A stretch of 64,000 bases of DNA from Tetramitus jugosus (GCA_937625935.1 OW569348.1:1-64000); one strand, 5' to 3'. Positions 19,427 through 32,304 are shown, numbered from the stretch's first letter. The notes: generated by a model from the letters alone, not told the origin. A program made the numbers and translations.

Positions 19427-20864
19427 CTATTGTGCGCCGGTGTTGCCTCTTGAAAATCGTTGTATGGCTTGTTCTAACGTCAGTTGAGGCACAAGAGATT
19501 TGTATACAGTGAAACTTGAACTCATAATTTGATTGTATGCTTCAATATGGTATCGTGTTAGTTTGCTTCGATAACTGAACATACATCTAAAATTTGGTAG
19601 TAAAGCACTTACCTTGAATGTCTAGATCTAACAATTGATGTAATCTCTCCTCCCTTGTTATATGAACAACATCCTCTTCGTCTTCGTCTGACAACGTAAC
19701 TTTTGAATCATCCTCTTCTCCAAGTTCTATTTCTTGTTCGATAATCTCTTTGTTTTCAAGCTGGTCTTCAATTTCATCCTCTACCTTCACCATTTCATCT
19801 TGAGTCGAGAACGGAACATTTTCCTGTAAGTTAAGAGGTTGTTCAGACTGCATAGCGGCTATTGGTGCCTCACGGACACCGGATAAAATATTATCATCTG
19901 GTTGTTCTTCCACATCGGGCTGTTCGCTCTCTAGCTTAGATGACTGCTCTATGTCTCTACCCTGCCGAATGAAATCATCACAACTCTCTTCAATATTTTC
20001 CATACTAGTTGAATTTTCTTCCACTGTCCTTTCTTGGTGCTCAGTGTTCTCAACAGTAAAACCTGAAATGTTAAGCATCTGTGAGTGTTGTTCTCCCTTT
20101 TGGACTGGGCTGTTTTGGATTTCTGGTCGAAACACTCTCCGGGACAACAACGGACTTTTATCATGCATTGTCAACTTCTGTGCTTTATCTCCCTGAGGTT
20201 TGTTTCTAGTAAATTTTGGTTGTATCTTCTTAGGGCGAGCAGAGTTGTATCTTTTCATAAATGGAGTGTCATGAGCCAAAAATTCTTCATACTCCAATTT
20301 GGCATCAGCTATGCTCTTTCGTAGGATAGTCAAAAAATTATTGCTCGGTTCATTTCTCACCTTTTGATACTCAGTTAGATAATCACTTAATCGTTGCTTC
20401 AACAACTTTCCATGATCACTTGTTAACTTTCGATGCAATCGCCACCTCTCTATACAACCAACAATCAATCGTAAATGGATCTTATCCAATTCCAATTCCA
20501 GGTCTTTTGTAACAGGTTCATACATCAACAACTGTTGAGGTTTCGGCAGCGGCACATCATCAGGATCAAAGTACTTCTTTCGATCCGACCTACGGGAAGA
20601 AGCAGGAGAAGTTGCTTTAATGACAAGTTTCTTCTGATCAGATTCTCCATTATCAATATTTTTAACCCTAACTTCACTCTCATGAGATTGGATAATGTGA
20701 TTCAGCTTCTCTATCTCATTGATAGTTGACTCAGGCAAAGACAGTTGTCCTTGTTTGATTTCAGAAATGGAATCAAGTCTGTTTTTGAACCGATCATACT
20801 CTTTAGTTCTCTTGAAGAATTCAAGAGTAATATTGTTCAAACGACAACTATAGCTCATCGTCAT
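19427..20864 (-). CDS. Hypothetical acidic/coiled-coil protein with a short 3' intron (~19541-19612)
   Basis: A 425-aa ORF. GTAAGT donor, CTAAC branch and AAG acceptor on the minus strand give a final exon ending ...RGNTGAQ*. Confidence 0.6.
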
Positions 20865-20971
20865 TACTCAGAACTAAGCTCAAGAATGTTGAAGAGAATT
20901 CTCCGACTGTTTTTCACAACTGTAGTTTACAGTTGAAAGCTACTCCTCCGGTTCTTCGACAAACTAAAAAA

Positions 20972-22030
20972 ATGAGCTCAAGAACATTCGGTACTTTTGA
21001 TGACTCTGATATTGAGTCTCTCGCAAAAGGTGAAGACTTTCACTTGAACAACTTGAAATCCTTCATCGACTTTGTAGAGAAAGACTCAAAAGTAGGTGAG
21101 CACGTTTGGAAGCAAGTGTGGGAGAAACACTTTGTCGAGAAGGATGGAATGTTGAGGGATTTGTTCTACAAATATGTTCAAGATGACAGTAAGATTGAAG
21201 ATGTGGATGGAGAATATAAGGAACAAGTGGTAAACATTCTGAGAGTGATGGATAAGCATGCATCTGGATTAATTCAAAAGAGAATCGAAAAACTAAACAC
21301 AGTTGCATTGGAAAGGAATGACTTTTTCAAGTTAAAAAAGAACATGCATCATGCCTATATTGAGCCAGATGTTCTAAAGTCTGCTCCTCTTACACCTGTG
21401 TCCAAAATTACCAGTATCCTTGTTGTTGGTGATTCAAAGGTTGGAAAGACCCACTTCTTAAGTGCCTATAAGGGCAATTCATTTGAAACAGAAGTTAACC
21501 CTATTGAGTCAACTGTGAGCTTCGAACAAAAGATTAACGAAGGAGACAAGGAAGTCATGTACAAGGTTGACGTTGTCGACTCTGATTCCATTGTTGGAGA
21601 CTCTGAGGAGAGAATCAAGCTTCTGAGAAAAGCTGATGTTGTTGTTGTCATGTTCTCTGTTACTGACTATGAAACTCTCTCTCCAGGAGTCGAGAAGTCA
21701 TGGGTAAGAGAGATTATGATGATTGCTCCAAAGGCCAGATGGATCCTCTGTGGCAACAAGGTTGACCAAAGGTGCCTGAGATTAATAGCTGAAAATCTAA
21801 AAAAGAATACCTTCTTTGTCACACCTGAGGATGGAGTTGCGATGGCAAAGAGCTATCGATTCCATTCGTACTTGGAAGTTAGTTGTAAGATGAACCGAAA
21901 CATATCTGCTGTCGTTGATATTGCACTTCGATCTGTATATGGTGAATATCGATATGAAACGGTCAAAGGACAATCAGTAACCAACACGGCCACGTCCACC
22001 ACCAAGGACGGAAAGTGTTCTCTCATGTAA
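20972..22030 (+). CDS. Rho/Ras-like small GTPase with an N-terminal helical (RGS-like) extension and a CAAX box
   Basis: G1 GDSKVGKT, G4 NKVD, G5-like EVSCK and C-terminal CSLM. The G3 motif is degenerate (DSDSIV instead of DTAGQ). Confidence 0.8.
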   Translation: MSSRTFGTFDDSDIESLAKGEDFHLNNLKSFIDFVEKDSKVGEHVWKQVWEKHFVEKDGMLRDLFYKYVQDDSKIEDVDGEYKEQVVNILRVMDKHASGLIQKRIEKLNTVALERNDFFKLKKNMHHAYIEPDVLKSAPLTPVSKITSILVVGDSKVGKTHFLSAYKGNSFETEVNPIESTVSFEQKINEGDKEVMYKVDVVDSDSIVGDSEERIKLLRKADVVVVMFSVTDYETLSPGVEKSWVREIMMIAPKARWILCGNKVDQRCLRLIAENLKKNTFFVTPEDGVAMAKSYRFHSYLEVSCKMNRNISAVVDIALRSVYGEYRYETVKGQSVTNTATSTTKDGKCSLM

Positions 22031-22086
22031 ACAACAACCTGTTTTCACTTCCTCAGATTTCTCCGCTTTTGTCCGTCAACAAAATA

Positions 22087-22534
22087 CGCAACAAGAAACA
22101 ACATAATGAGCGTTAGACTACCTGTATGTCATTTCATGCTACTATCCTTCTATTTGAACATCCAAAAAATGTTGGCATGCCATTCAAACTAACCAGCCCT
22201 CATTGTATTTTTCGACTTATCATTGACAAATTGTTGTTGTTCACAAATCAATCTTGTGGTGAAATGCGATTATGTGTCGCGAACAATGATGACTGATGTA
22301 TGTGCGCACGAACCATTCTTGTAGTCGTCAATCCCAGTCAAAACTGTTGGCAATTTTCTCTTGCAGCGATCAAAGGCCAGATTCGGTTTTGAAGAAATGG
22401 CTGCAACCAATCTGTTGAAGACCGTTGTGCTAAATGCAGTGTTGCGCAAGGAATTCACAACCAAGAAGGAAGTGAGAAGACAATTGACCGAAAGAGAATT
22501 GATTCAGGATATTGTTGATAAACATTACAAGTAA
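22087..22534 (+). CDS. Small two-exon hypothetical protein (~75 aa), absent from the ORF track
   Basis: ATG AGC GTT AGA CTA CCT is followed by a GTATGT donor and a TAG acceptor at ~22324. Exon 2 is open: SSIPVKTVGNFLLQRSKARFGF...DIVDKHYK*. Confidence 0.5.
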
Positions 22535-22869
22535 ACAACGAACTTGTCAAGTGAAGATAAATAATTAGTATCATAAATGATTCTCTTTATTGTTATTGCT
22601 GTCTGTCTGATCACACACACCTACACAATGATGATCACTCTAAAAACGTGTTCTCTTTTGGAAAGATCTGATCTGACAAAGGTCGATCATTTGCCGTGTT
22701 GTTGAGTGTTCCCTCTCACACTGCTTCCTTTTACAAGCATCAAGTCCCTCCTCTCATCCGATTTAGCCGTCATCATCACTGTGATTCATCATTATCATTG
22801 CACAATCAAGTCATGTGACGTGATAGAGTGATGAAGTGATGATGGTGGCGTACTCAGAGAGGTTGATGC

Positions 22870-24777
22870 TTATTCTCTTCTTCTGGATTGCTTCTTCTTC
22901 TTGTTGTCAGTCTCTTGGACATCCTCTTGCTCTGACTCATCCAAGAAGAAATAGGTTCCATTCTCCTTTTGTTCTCTATCCTTAATAGAGTCCATCTTGT
23001 TGATTCTTGGACGGTTGTTCTCAGGATCACGTCTGAAAGTGATCTCAAGACCTCTCAAGAACTTGTTCATACCAGTCAAGAGTGATTGTGGAGTATTGGC
23101 AGTACACTTGACAGAAGCAGTACCTTCGTACACAATGACACGAGTGGCCAAGTAAGTAGCCATAATGAAATCGTGCTCAACAACGAAAGCAGTCTTCTTT
23201 GCGTGCATAACAAATCTCTTGATAACCTTGGCAGCAATCAAACGTTGTTCAGAATCCAAGTAAGCAGAAGGCTCATCGATCAAATAGACATCAGCAGGGG
23301 TACCAAGACAGAGAACCAAGGCAACTCTTTGCAACTCACCACCAGACAAGTATTGAACCTTTTGGTCCATCAAGTGAGAAATGCTCAACGGCTTCAACAC
23401 ATCAGCTTGGAATTGAGGGTGCAAAAAGGCATCTCTCACCTTTCTGGACAACAATTCACGAACAGTACCTGGGAACTTTGGTGAAATCTTTTGAGGCTTG
23501 AATGAAACGTTCAACTCAGGGACTTCAATGCTCTCATCATCAGGCTTCAACTTACCAGCCAACATCTTGATAAAGGTAGTTTTTCCAGTACCGTTTTCAC
23601 CAAGCAAGACAATAATTTCAGAGTCAGAGAAGGAGCCAGGTTCGATTTGCAAGCTAAAGGATCCCTCGTCAAAGGACTTGGTCATCACTGGGTACTTGTA
23701 TCTGATACGAACCTTGGAGTGACTTGCGTCACTGTCATCCAAATTCTCAGAAACCTTAAATGTCAGAGCATCGGTACGGAATCTCAAATTTTCAGTTGGA
23801 ATGAAACCAGCCAAGAAAATGTTGATACCTTCACGTACACCAAAAGGCATAGTGACGACACCATAACCACCAGGGGTTCCATACAAGCAGCAAATAAAGT
23901 CGCTCAAATAATCCAAAATACTCAAATCGTGCTCCACAACCAAAACATACTTTTCTGGTGCCAACAACTTTCTAATGACACGAGCAGCTTGCAATCTTTG
24001 CTTAACATCCAAGTAAGATGAAGGTTCATCAAACATATACATATCAGCATCACGAATGCAGACAATAGCAATCGCAAATCTTTGCAACTCACCACCAGAC
24101 AAGTCACCAATTTCTCTGTCCAAAAAGTTGACCATGTCCAATTCGTCAATCATCTGTTGTTGAACTTCTCTTTCGTCCTTTTGGGACAAGATTGCTTGAA
24201 CTGTACCCTTTGCAGCTCTAGGGATATGATCAACGTATTGAGGCTTCATCACAGTTCTCATCTTCTCTTCCAAAACCTTTGTAAAGTATCCTTGAAGTTC
24301 AGATCCTCTGAAATAGGTCAAAATCTCTTCCCAATCAGGTGGATTTGCATAATTTCCAAGATTTGGCTTCTGCTTACCTGCCAGAATCTTGAGTGCGGTT
24401 GACTTTCCTGTACCGTTAGAACCAACAAGACCAAGAACTTGACCAGGTCTTGGCAAAGGCAAACGATGAAGCTTAAAGGTGTTTGGACCATAACGATGAG
24501 TGGTTTCATTCTCCAAATTCTTTGGCAAATTGATGATTTGAATGGCTTCGAATGGGCACTTCTTCACACAGATACCACAACCAACGCACAATTCTTCAGA
24601 CAACCATGCAATCTTATCGGTTGGCTTGACTTCAATACAGAGCTTACCGATACGAACAACAGGGCAAGATTTTTTGCACTCTTGTCTGCACTTTTTTGGT
24701 TTGCATCGATCTTCAGCAACGATAGCAATACGGGTGAGTTTGGTTTCCTCCTTTGTTGCTTTTTCCTTCTTGACCAT
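22870..24777 (-). CDS. ABCE1: ABCE1/Rli1 ribosome recycling ATPase
   Basis: N-terminal Fe-S cysteines ([28 protein letters not shown]) and two ABC domains with LSGGELQR. Confidence 0.99.
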   Translation of the reverse strand: MVKKEKATKEETKLTRIAIVAEDRCKPKKCRQECKKSCPVVRIGKLCIEVKPTDKIAWLSEELCVGCGICVKKCPFEAIQIINLPKNLENETTHRYGPNTFKLHRLPLPRPGQVLGLVGSNGTGKSTALKILAGKQKPNLGNYANPPDWEEILTYFRGSELQGYFTKVLEEKMRTVMKPQYVDHIPRAAKGTVQAILSQKDEREVQQQMIDELDMVNFLDREIGDLSGGELQRFAIAIVCIRDADMYMFDEPSSYLDVKQRLQAARVIRKLLAPEKYVLVVEHDLSILDYLSDFICCLYGTPGGYGVVTMPFGVREGINIFLAGFIPTENLRFRTDALTFKVSENLDDSDASHSKVRIRYKYPVMTKSFDEGSFSLQIEPGSFSDSEIIVLLGENGTGKTTFIKMLAGKLKPDDESIEVPELNVSFKPQKISPKFPGTVRELLSRKVRDAFLHPQFQADVLKPLSISHLMDQKVQYLSGGELQRVALVLCLGTPADVYLIDEPSAYLDSEQRLIAAKVIKRFVMHAKKTAFVVEHDFIMATYLATRVIVYEGTASVKCTANTPQSLLTGMNKFLRGLEITFRRDPENNRPRINKMDSIKDREQKENGTYFFLDESEQEDVQETDNKKKKQSRRRE

Positions 24778-25415
24778 TGTGTCTCAAATGATAATTGGTG
24801 TGTGGGTGTAATGTGATATTGAGGTTTTGCTCGCGGATGAAAAAGACGAAAAAAGAGCAGATTGGTTTTTTTTCTGTGTGAGCTTTTTTTTAACTTCATG
24901 TTCATTGAACGTTCAATAAAAAATTTGAAGAACGAGTTGACTGGAAGACAATTTCGTGAGGCAAGCTGAAGTACCAGTGGATAGTGGGATGTGTCGAGTC
25001 AATTCTAATCTTGATTGCCCAAGCAGTTCCAGTTTGTTTTCGTCCACAAAAAAATTGTCTTCATCCGAATCCTTGAGTTTCTTCTTTGTAAAGATTGTCA
25101 AGGATCATGTATGCAAGGAGTCCCACTTCTCATCACTGAGCGAACAGTGATGTCGCCCTTCAGACCGAATGATTCACAGGCGGGGAGTAACAGGAAGTTT
25201 TCTCTGAAAGTTCAAGTTACAAAAATTCCGAAGCGGGTTGACTCTCATGGCGCCAAACACAAGCCACTCTCACTTCTCTCAAGCAAATCACAAGTCAAAG
25301 CGGTGTAGTGTATAACAGAGAGGATCAAAAAAATTCATTTTTCATTTATTCTACATTTTATCACCAACTTTATTTCCAAACCCCACCACACATAATCACC
25401 CAATTACATAAAAAC

Positions 25416-27232
25416 ATGTTCCCTGGAGGCAGACCACAACCACAAGTTTTCGTTCTGAACCAAAACACAAAGAGAGAGAGTGGCAGAAAAGCTCAAAAGA
25501 GCAACATGCAAGCCGGTAAGGCCGTCTCTGACATCATTAGAACCACTCTAGGTCCAAAAGCTATGCTAAAAATGATCTTGGATCAAATGGGCACTGTACA
25601 ATTGACTTCTGATGGTAACGCAATTTTGAGAGAAGTTGACGTGAGTCATCCAGCTGCTAAGCACATGATTGAATTGAGTAGAACACAAGATGAAGAAGTT
25701 GGTGATGGTACCACCTCTGTCATCATTTTGGGTATGTTATTTTTTTATTTGATCAACAACCAATTTGATAGTGGAAAGATGATTTGTTTACTGACTTGTC
25801 CTTTTTTTTCACACACATCAAATAACATGAAAATGTAATGAATTGATGCTTCTTGATTTCACAAACCTTGTATCTAGCTGGTGAGATGCTCGCTGTTGCT
25901 GAGCCATTCTTGGACAGAAATGTTCACCCAACTCGTATTGTAAAGGGATACTTTATGGCTTTGGAGGATGCTATTCAAGTTATGAGTGAAAAGCTCACCG
26001 TTAAGGTCGATTTGAATGATATCGTCCAAGTTACAAGCATTGTCAAGAGTTGTATTGGTACAAAATTCACTCACAGACACAGTGAACTCATGTGTAAATT
26101 GGCTATTGATGCAGTCAAGACTATTTCAGCATCTACTGAAGAAGGAATGACCAGCAAGGACATTGATATCAAGAGATTTGCTAGAATTGAAAAGATTCCT
26201 GGTGGAAGCTTTGATGAGTCTCGTGTCTTGAGCGGTGTTGTCCTGAATAAGGATATCTTGCATCCAAAGATGAGAAGAAGAATTGAGAATCCACGTATTT
26301 TGTTGTTGGATTGTCCACTGGAGTACAAGAAGGGTGAATCCATGACTGGTGTCAATTTGGAAAAGGAAGAAGACTTTGAACTCTTGTTGAAGTTGGAAGA
26401 TGAATACGTGAAGCAATTGTGTGATGATATTGCAAAGTTCAAGCCTGATCTTGTTATTACTGAGAAGGGTATCAGCGATTTGGCACAATACTACTTTGTC
26501 AAGAATGGCATAACTGCTTTGAGACGTTTGAGAAAGACTGATAATGATAGAATTGCTCGTGCTGTTGGTGCTACCATCTGTCACAGAACCAGTGAGATCA
26601 AGGAGAGCGACATTGGTACTGGTGCTGGATTGTTTGATGTTCGTAAGATTGGTGACGAATACTTTGCATTCATTGAAGAATGCAAGTCACCAAAGGCATG
26701 CTCTGTTATTCTCCGTGGTCCATCCAAGGACATTTTGAACGAAATTGAAAGAAACTTGCAAGATGCTTTGCATGTTGTTAAGAACATTTATATCGACCCT
26801 AGAATTGTCCCTGGTGGTGGTGCCGTTGAAATGGCATTGAGCCACGAGTTGGTTGAGAAGTCCAAGAGCGTTAAGGGTATTGAACAACTACCTTATGAGT
26901 CTGTTGCACGTGCTCTTGAGGTTATTCCAAGAACTTTGGCACAAAACTGTGGTGCAAAGGTTATTAGAGTGATAACTGAATTGAGAGCAAAGCACGCCGC
27001 TCAAGGAGATGCTGACAAGATCTTCTTTGGTATTGATGGTGAAAAGGGTACCATCACGGATATGAGAACCCTTCAAATCTGGGAACCTTTTGCTGTGAAG
27101 GCACAAACATTGAAGACTGCTATTGAAGCTTCATGTCTGCTAATTAGAATTGATGACGTGCTGAGTGGAATCAGCAAGGGTAAGCAAGGTGCTGGAGGCG
27201 CAGGTGGAAATCCAGATGAAGCTAATGAGTAA
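25416..27232 (+). CDS. CCT3: T-complex protein 1 subunit gamma; intron 25732-25877
   Basis: Motifs RTTLGPKAMLKM, GDGTTSV, RIEKIPGG and VITEKGISDLAQ. A GTATGT...TAG intron joins the two ORFs in frame. Confidence 0.97.
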
Positions 27233-27297
27233 ATTTATTGACTCAAGAATAAGTTCTCCCAATTGTTCACTATATATGTAAATCAATTACTTTCTCT

Positions 27298-28543
27298 TTA
27301 TAATTTTGTAATTATGGTTATGTCATAGGTGTTCGTGACACCCCTTCTTGCTTGGTCCAGTTTCTTGAAGTGTGACTCTGGTTTGTATTCTGCCAAGATA
27401 AGGCCTGATAAGTCTACATGAGTGGAAATGGAGATGATATTGTAGTTCTTGAGAGAGTACACACTGCTCTTCTGACCTTCATCCTGATGGAACACAATCA
27501 GTTCATTTGAAGGATTTACAAGAATGGAGAATTGATTGCTGGGCATGAATAAGCCATTGTAATTGAGCCCCAAGGATCGAAATCCCCAACCAGGACTCAA
27601 AACTCCCACACTATTCTGCTCACTGACTTTATCCTCAGATGAGGCAGGAATAAGAGCTATTCTTTCACTTGAGTAATGTGTTCCAATACCTGCTATCGGG
27701 TGGTTGACCTCCAACTGGAGTATGTGTTGTCCAATCTGTACGCCTGCATTATCTGTCTATCAATATGAATTCGATTATTAGAACAAGGAACAGTTAAATC
27801 AATGAGTACATACCTGAAGCTATAAAGTTATCCAAATCTCCCATGATTAAGATATCTACACTAGAGAGTTGAATGATAGTTTGATTGAGTGTACACCGGA
27901 CTGACTTGATTCTCGTATTCTCGAACGGATACGGTAACGACACTCTCCGAAACAGAAGAATATTATCAATCGAGTCTGGGCAACACTGGTGATACTTGTT
28001 CCATCCAGATGTATACAAATGTGTGGAGTCTGTAAGGGCAGAGTGCATACTTCCACAGTCAATATTTTGGATCCTCAAACAATCAGTAGGATCTTCCACA
28101 ATACAAGGTTGAAATTGTTGGGATAAGGGCACAACATGAGGTTCAATGTTTCTTGCAAGCTGACCCTGGGAGTTACTACCCAAGGACAACACTACCTGTT
28201 CATCATTCGCCTCATTAATCATAAGTAACATGGAGAAGTTGTATCCAGATTTCAAGTTCAGGACTCTTCCTTTCACTGGTAGATCTAACATGGTGAATGG
28301 ATTTTCTAATGTCCAGTTGTCAGAGGCTACAATTTCACTCTCATCGTACTTTCTCTGCACAAACACTTCATCGTCCTCTGTCACAATAATCGTAATGAAA
28401 GCACCACAAGTGACCAACTTTACTTGGAAGTTGTGCTCCATTGGACAGACAGCTGGATCTCTTCCAGCGTGAACCTCTAACAAACTCTTCATTCTATGAT
28501 TTCTTTGACTTTCTATCTCAATGTTCTTCAATCTGTCAACCAA
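27298..28543 (-). CDS. RCC1-like repeat protein, with a probable intron at ~27755-27812; 5' end uncertain
   Basis: RCC1-type motifs 'SGYNFSMLL...SLGSNSQGQL' and 'IDCGSMHSAL...YTSGWNKYHQC'. A GTATGT donor lies near 27812. Confidence 0.7.
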
Positions 28544-28833
28544 ACGATTTCAATTCCTGCCTGTCAGATCCAGTCCATTTAAAAGTGTACACGTCAGCCA
28601 AGTTGACTTGTGGTGAGAGGCTCGATAGTAATGAAAAAAATGAAAACAATTTATTCTTTGATATCTGCTGTGTGATCACAATGGAACAGTCATTCCTAAT
28701 TACTGTTCTTGTTTGGTACATATCAAAAACCTAGATGTAGCTTGCAATACTTGCGAGCTACAAGGAGAGGTATTTTTCTCTCCTTGAGACAGCTTATCCA
28801 ACTCTATAGAGTGAGTATGGATTCAATTCTGCT

Positions 28834-29628
28834 TTAGCTGCCCATGTTCTGAGTGTACTTGGAGAAGAAGAACAGACAAGCTAAGCTCAAGATACACAAC
28901 AGTATCGATATCAAGTTATTGTAAAAGAGCTTTTCTTCACTACCACTAGTCACACAGTGTCTATTTTCGTTAATGTAGCAAACAGTTTCCAAATCTTTTG
29001 CAAATGTGACTCTCTTTCTGGGTGAGAGGCAGTCAGTGGTCTCTGTTGGAGAAGGCACATCAGTAGAGCTATCATTTTCTGTTGGTGTCGTGCAGTCATA
29101 GCAGCTGTTGAAGCACTCATTGACTCTCGCAATTCGACTGCTGAGTCCTGTGAATGGCAGTGGCTGTGATTTCATGACCTCTGTACAGTTTTTGACCGGT
29201 TCAGGATTTACGACTAGGGGTGTCGCGCATTGTACATTCTCCGAAGCGATTCCAAAAGAAGAATTTTCAGTGTGGAAAAAGGAAGCATTCATTCTTTTGT
29301 GCAAGTGGACTGTTGTCGTCATCATTTGAGGCGATGACGAAGAGCAGCTTGGAACCATGAGGTCATTACTTGTCATGTGATAAATCTTTGGTGGAGATTG
29401 AGCGACTATCGTTGTTGTAGTAGTAGTGGTCGTAGTAGTTGTAGCAGTAGAAAAGACGGACAACTCTTGACTGCTCTTGTCCATGGTGGTGTTGAATAGA
29501 GAAGAAGCAGCAGCAGTTGCATTGTGGCACATGATGGGTGGTGATGTGGGTGAAGCCATGAGTTGTAGTCGACGGGTCAAGTCATCAGAGTCACAAGAGA
29601 AATGATGAGTGGTGTGAATAAAGGACAT
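28834..29628 (-). CDS. Low-complexity Ser/Thr-rich protein with an RVxF motif and a C-terminal transmembrane helix
   Basis: Poly-Thr tract, 'RKRVTFA', and hydrophobic tail 'LISILLCILSLACLFFF'. Confidence 0.55.
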   Translation of the reverse strand: MSFIHTTHHFSCDSDDLTRRLQLMASPTSPPIMCHNATAAASSLFNTTMDKSSQELSVFSTATTTTTTTTTTTIVAQSPPKIYHMTSNDLMVPSCSSSSPQMMTTTVHLHKRMNASFFHTENSSFGIASENVQCATPLVVNPEPVKNCTEVMKSQPLPFTGLSSRIARVNECFNSCYDCTTPTENDSSTDVPSPTETTDCLSPRKRVTFAKDLETVCYINENRHCVTSGSEEKLFYNNLISILLCILSLACLFFFSKYTQNMGS

Positions 29629-30109
29629 GTTGTTTGCAGTTTTGGTGTTGTTGTTCAAGTTGTGGGTGGTGTTCAGATCTGCGACTACTAGGTAGGATAA
29701 CTGGAAAAGCTAGCTATCGAAAAGAGTATCGAATAAGATGATGGGGTTGGTTGCTTTTGTTGCTCGTGTCGTATCGAACAATGACGATTTGCTGAATCGA
29801 GGAGCTTGTTTGTCCAAAACCTATTATTAAGCACATTCAAGATTCAGGTTGGGGCTCCTGATTGGTGCATTGGCTTTCTGGATAACACCCTTCAAGCCCA
29901 TGGTTGTGAGAAATTCGTAATTTCTCACAACGTAAAAATAAAAATGTGAAGAAATTCTACTTGTCCCGCGGAGGAAGTGAATCCCGCGTTCCCAAATTGA
30001 ACATGATGTTTGCCCATTTGGGATCATTATCGTTTGGCGCCAAAAACTTCACAATTTGAACCCCAAAACAATTCATCAACAATTTCATCAAGGACGCCAC
30101 CAAGACACG

Positions 30110-32263
30110 ATGCAAAATGCACAACAACCAAACCGAGGCAACAACAACAATATTCACTTGAGTGACTCCTCTGCCAAGCAATTAGATGATCGACTCTACA
30201 ATAAACACAAGGACCAATACAATGTATCACTCAATCCATTCCTACAAGCACGTGCACAGGAGATTGCATCTCTGGAGCACTCACTCGTGATGCAAGAATC
30301 ATCCAAACACAAGAGAACTTTTCAAAGGTTACCAAGATATGAACGAAGACGTCAAATGAGTGCCAATCCTCATTTGCTGCCCAGAAATTTGAGAAAAGCT
30401 GCGATTAATGAAGTTCAGTTGCCTCAACGTGTTCAACAACGAAGGAGACGAAAGATTAAGAAGAGACACAATCAGAGAAATCAAAGTTGGGAGAATTTTA
30501 AACCGGATTCGACCATTGTGAGTCCATTGATTGAATTGCCCGTGCCATGTGGTTCTTTTTTGAGTCATCCACTCGCAGAGAATGAAAAAAATAATGATCA
30601 TGGGAATGGTGATTATCATGACGGTGATGATGCGTCAATGGGACAAGTTGTTGATCAAGTTGTCTCTTGTTCAGTAAACAAGTGCAAGCGATTGGCCACT
30701 CACATGTTTCATGTGAAGAGAATGCACATGGAGGATCTTTGGGGTTTTCGATTGGCTTACAAGAGCACACAGAAAATTTTTAGAATTGGTTATCGATTCC
30801 AGAGACAACACTGTACGATTCATGATGCGAGCTATCATTTGTGTGTTCAGGCGAGTGGTGATTTGAGCAAATTGATTGATTTTTTGAGTGATTTGAGTGC
30901 GAGACGAATTCAAGCAAAGAGTGTGATTCAAGGAAAGGTGGAATCTCAGTTTATCATGTATAATCGCAATTTGTCGCAAAGAGTCAATGAAGAAACATCT
31001 TCTCCTTTTGATTTTCTGAGTTGTTATGGACCAGTGAACTATATGTTTAAGCAGCAAAGTGAACTAGATGATGATTCGAAATCGCAAGTAATGCTGTGGT
31101 TGCACTCGGCTGCACTGCCCGATAGTTATCAGTATCTAGAGTCAGTTGCCGCACGACATGATGTATCGCTTGTCTATCGAAATGATTTAGCTCGATTTGA
31201 ATTGAGAGGATTGCACGCTATTACAGTGATAGAGAAGGCTCTGAGATTGAATGCATTAACATCGAAAAAAGCAAGAGATGTTTGGAACACTATTTGCGAG
31301 CATGACCGAAATGCAGCCTCACTGCCAAAAGATATGATTTTGTGTATGGAGTCGGATCATCCGCTCTCTAGCTCTATTCAAAAGTTGGATCAATTCCCAA
31401 AGAAAAAGCAAGTGACTACCTCAAATCAAAAATCAAGAGATCAACTCTTGACTGTTCCAGATCATGTTGCCCAATCTGCTCAACTTTGGAGCAAATTTGT
31501 CATGGAGGAAGAACCAAAATCAAAGCTGATCACTGAAAACAATGACTTTAGTGATATGACTGCTTCAGTTATGCTTATTCAAAAAGATGGTTGCAGTACT
31601 AAAGATGGACGAAATGGTTTTGGCTCAGGTTTTGACTTTATTTGCTCAACACAACATGCTGCTCATTTCTTTGCGAAGATGGCAAAGTTTAATGGTGTCT
31701 TGCTGTTGGGAATTAGTGAACGAAATCAATTGAGGTTGGAACAAGGTTTAATGACATTCCCAGTTGATTATGTTGACTCGAAAGCATTTTATCAAGAATA
31801 TGAATCTAGTCATAATAGGAATGACTCTGCTCCCGAAGATCTTCTCGACCTATTGTCTGAAGTTGTGCAAACAAAGTGTTTGTTAACATCATGCAAGCCT
31901 GACGCGTCTGTTATCACTTCAGATTATTTCCAGCGAATTCATCTCGCGTTTCCTTGGGGAGGCAGTCCTGATGAATATTCTTTGATCTACTCTTGTGTCA
32001 GTACAGAAGAGAGTGATCAGATCAAGAGAGACAAAAAGGCTGTTCCACATATAGATGAATCACGTGATGTGATAGGATGCGTCACTTCGACAACCTACTC
32101 ACTCCTTAGATCTCATGCTTATGCCCTTGGCTTTGTTTCCCAGAGCGATCTTAAGATATTAACTCAGGATCAGAGTAATCAGAAAACCTTAATTGTTTTG
32201 GTAGGTAACGAAAATAGCAAACACTTGCATCCTGCAATAGTACGCTATGGCACCGAAGAATAA
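30110..32263 (+). CDS. POP1: RNase P/MRP subunit POP1
   Basis: Motifs 'FLQARAQEI', 'FQRLPRYERRRQMS', 'LATHMFHVKRMHM..LWGFRL' and 'HDASY', plus a POPLD-like 'GSGFDFI...FPVDYVD'. Start placed at the first ATG. Confidence 0.92.
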   Translation: MQNAQQPNRGNNNNIHLSDSSAKQLDDRLYNKHKDQYNVSLNPFLQARAQEIASLEHSLVMQESSKHKRTFQRLPRYERRRQMSANPHLLPRNLRKAAINEVQLPQRVQQRRRRKIKKRHNQRNQSWENFKPDSTIVSPLIELPVPCGSFLSHPLAENEKNNDHGNGDYHDGDDASMGQVVDQVVSCSVNKCKRLATHMFHVKRMHMEDLWGFRLAYKSTQKIFRIGYRFQRQHCTIHDASYHLCVQASGDLSKLIDFLSDLSARRIQAKSVIQGKVESQFIMYNRNLSQRVNEETSSPFDFLSCYGPVNYMFKQQSELDDDSKSQVMLWLHSAALPDSYQYLESVAARHDVSLVYRNDLARFELRGLHAITVIEKALRLNALTSKKARDVWNTICEHDRNAASLPKDMILCMESDHPLSSSIQKLDQFPKKKQVTTSNQKSRDQLLTVPDHVAQSAQLWSKFVMEEEPKSKLITENNDFSDMTASVMLIQKDGCSTKDGRNGFGSGFDFICSTQHAAHFFAKMAKFNGVLLLGISERNQLRLEQGLMTFPVDYVDSKAFYQEYESSHNRNDSAPEDLLDLLSEVVQTKCLLTSCKPDASVITSDYFQRIHLAFPWGGSPDEYSLIYSCVSTEESDQIKRDKKAVPHIDESRDVIGCVTSTTYSLLRSHAYALGFVSQSDLKILTQDQSNQKTLIVLVGNENSKHLHPAIVRYGTEE

Positions 32264-32304
32264 ATTAATAAATAATTTGGTAGAACACTGACTGTTCTCG
32301 TTAA

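Noticed and set aside
22620-22860. Box C/D snoRNA (ATGATGA...CTGA)
   Set aside because: The motifs are short and lie in TGA/TCA-rich UTR-like sequence, with no convincing terminal stem or guide identified.
23086-27106. Numerous antisense ORFs over ABCE1 and CCT3
   Set aside because: These are shadow ORFs caused by codon bias of highly expressed genes.
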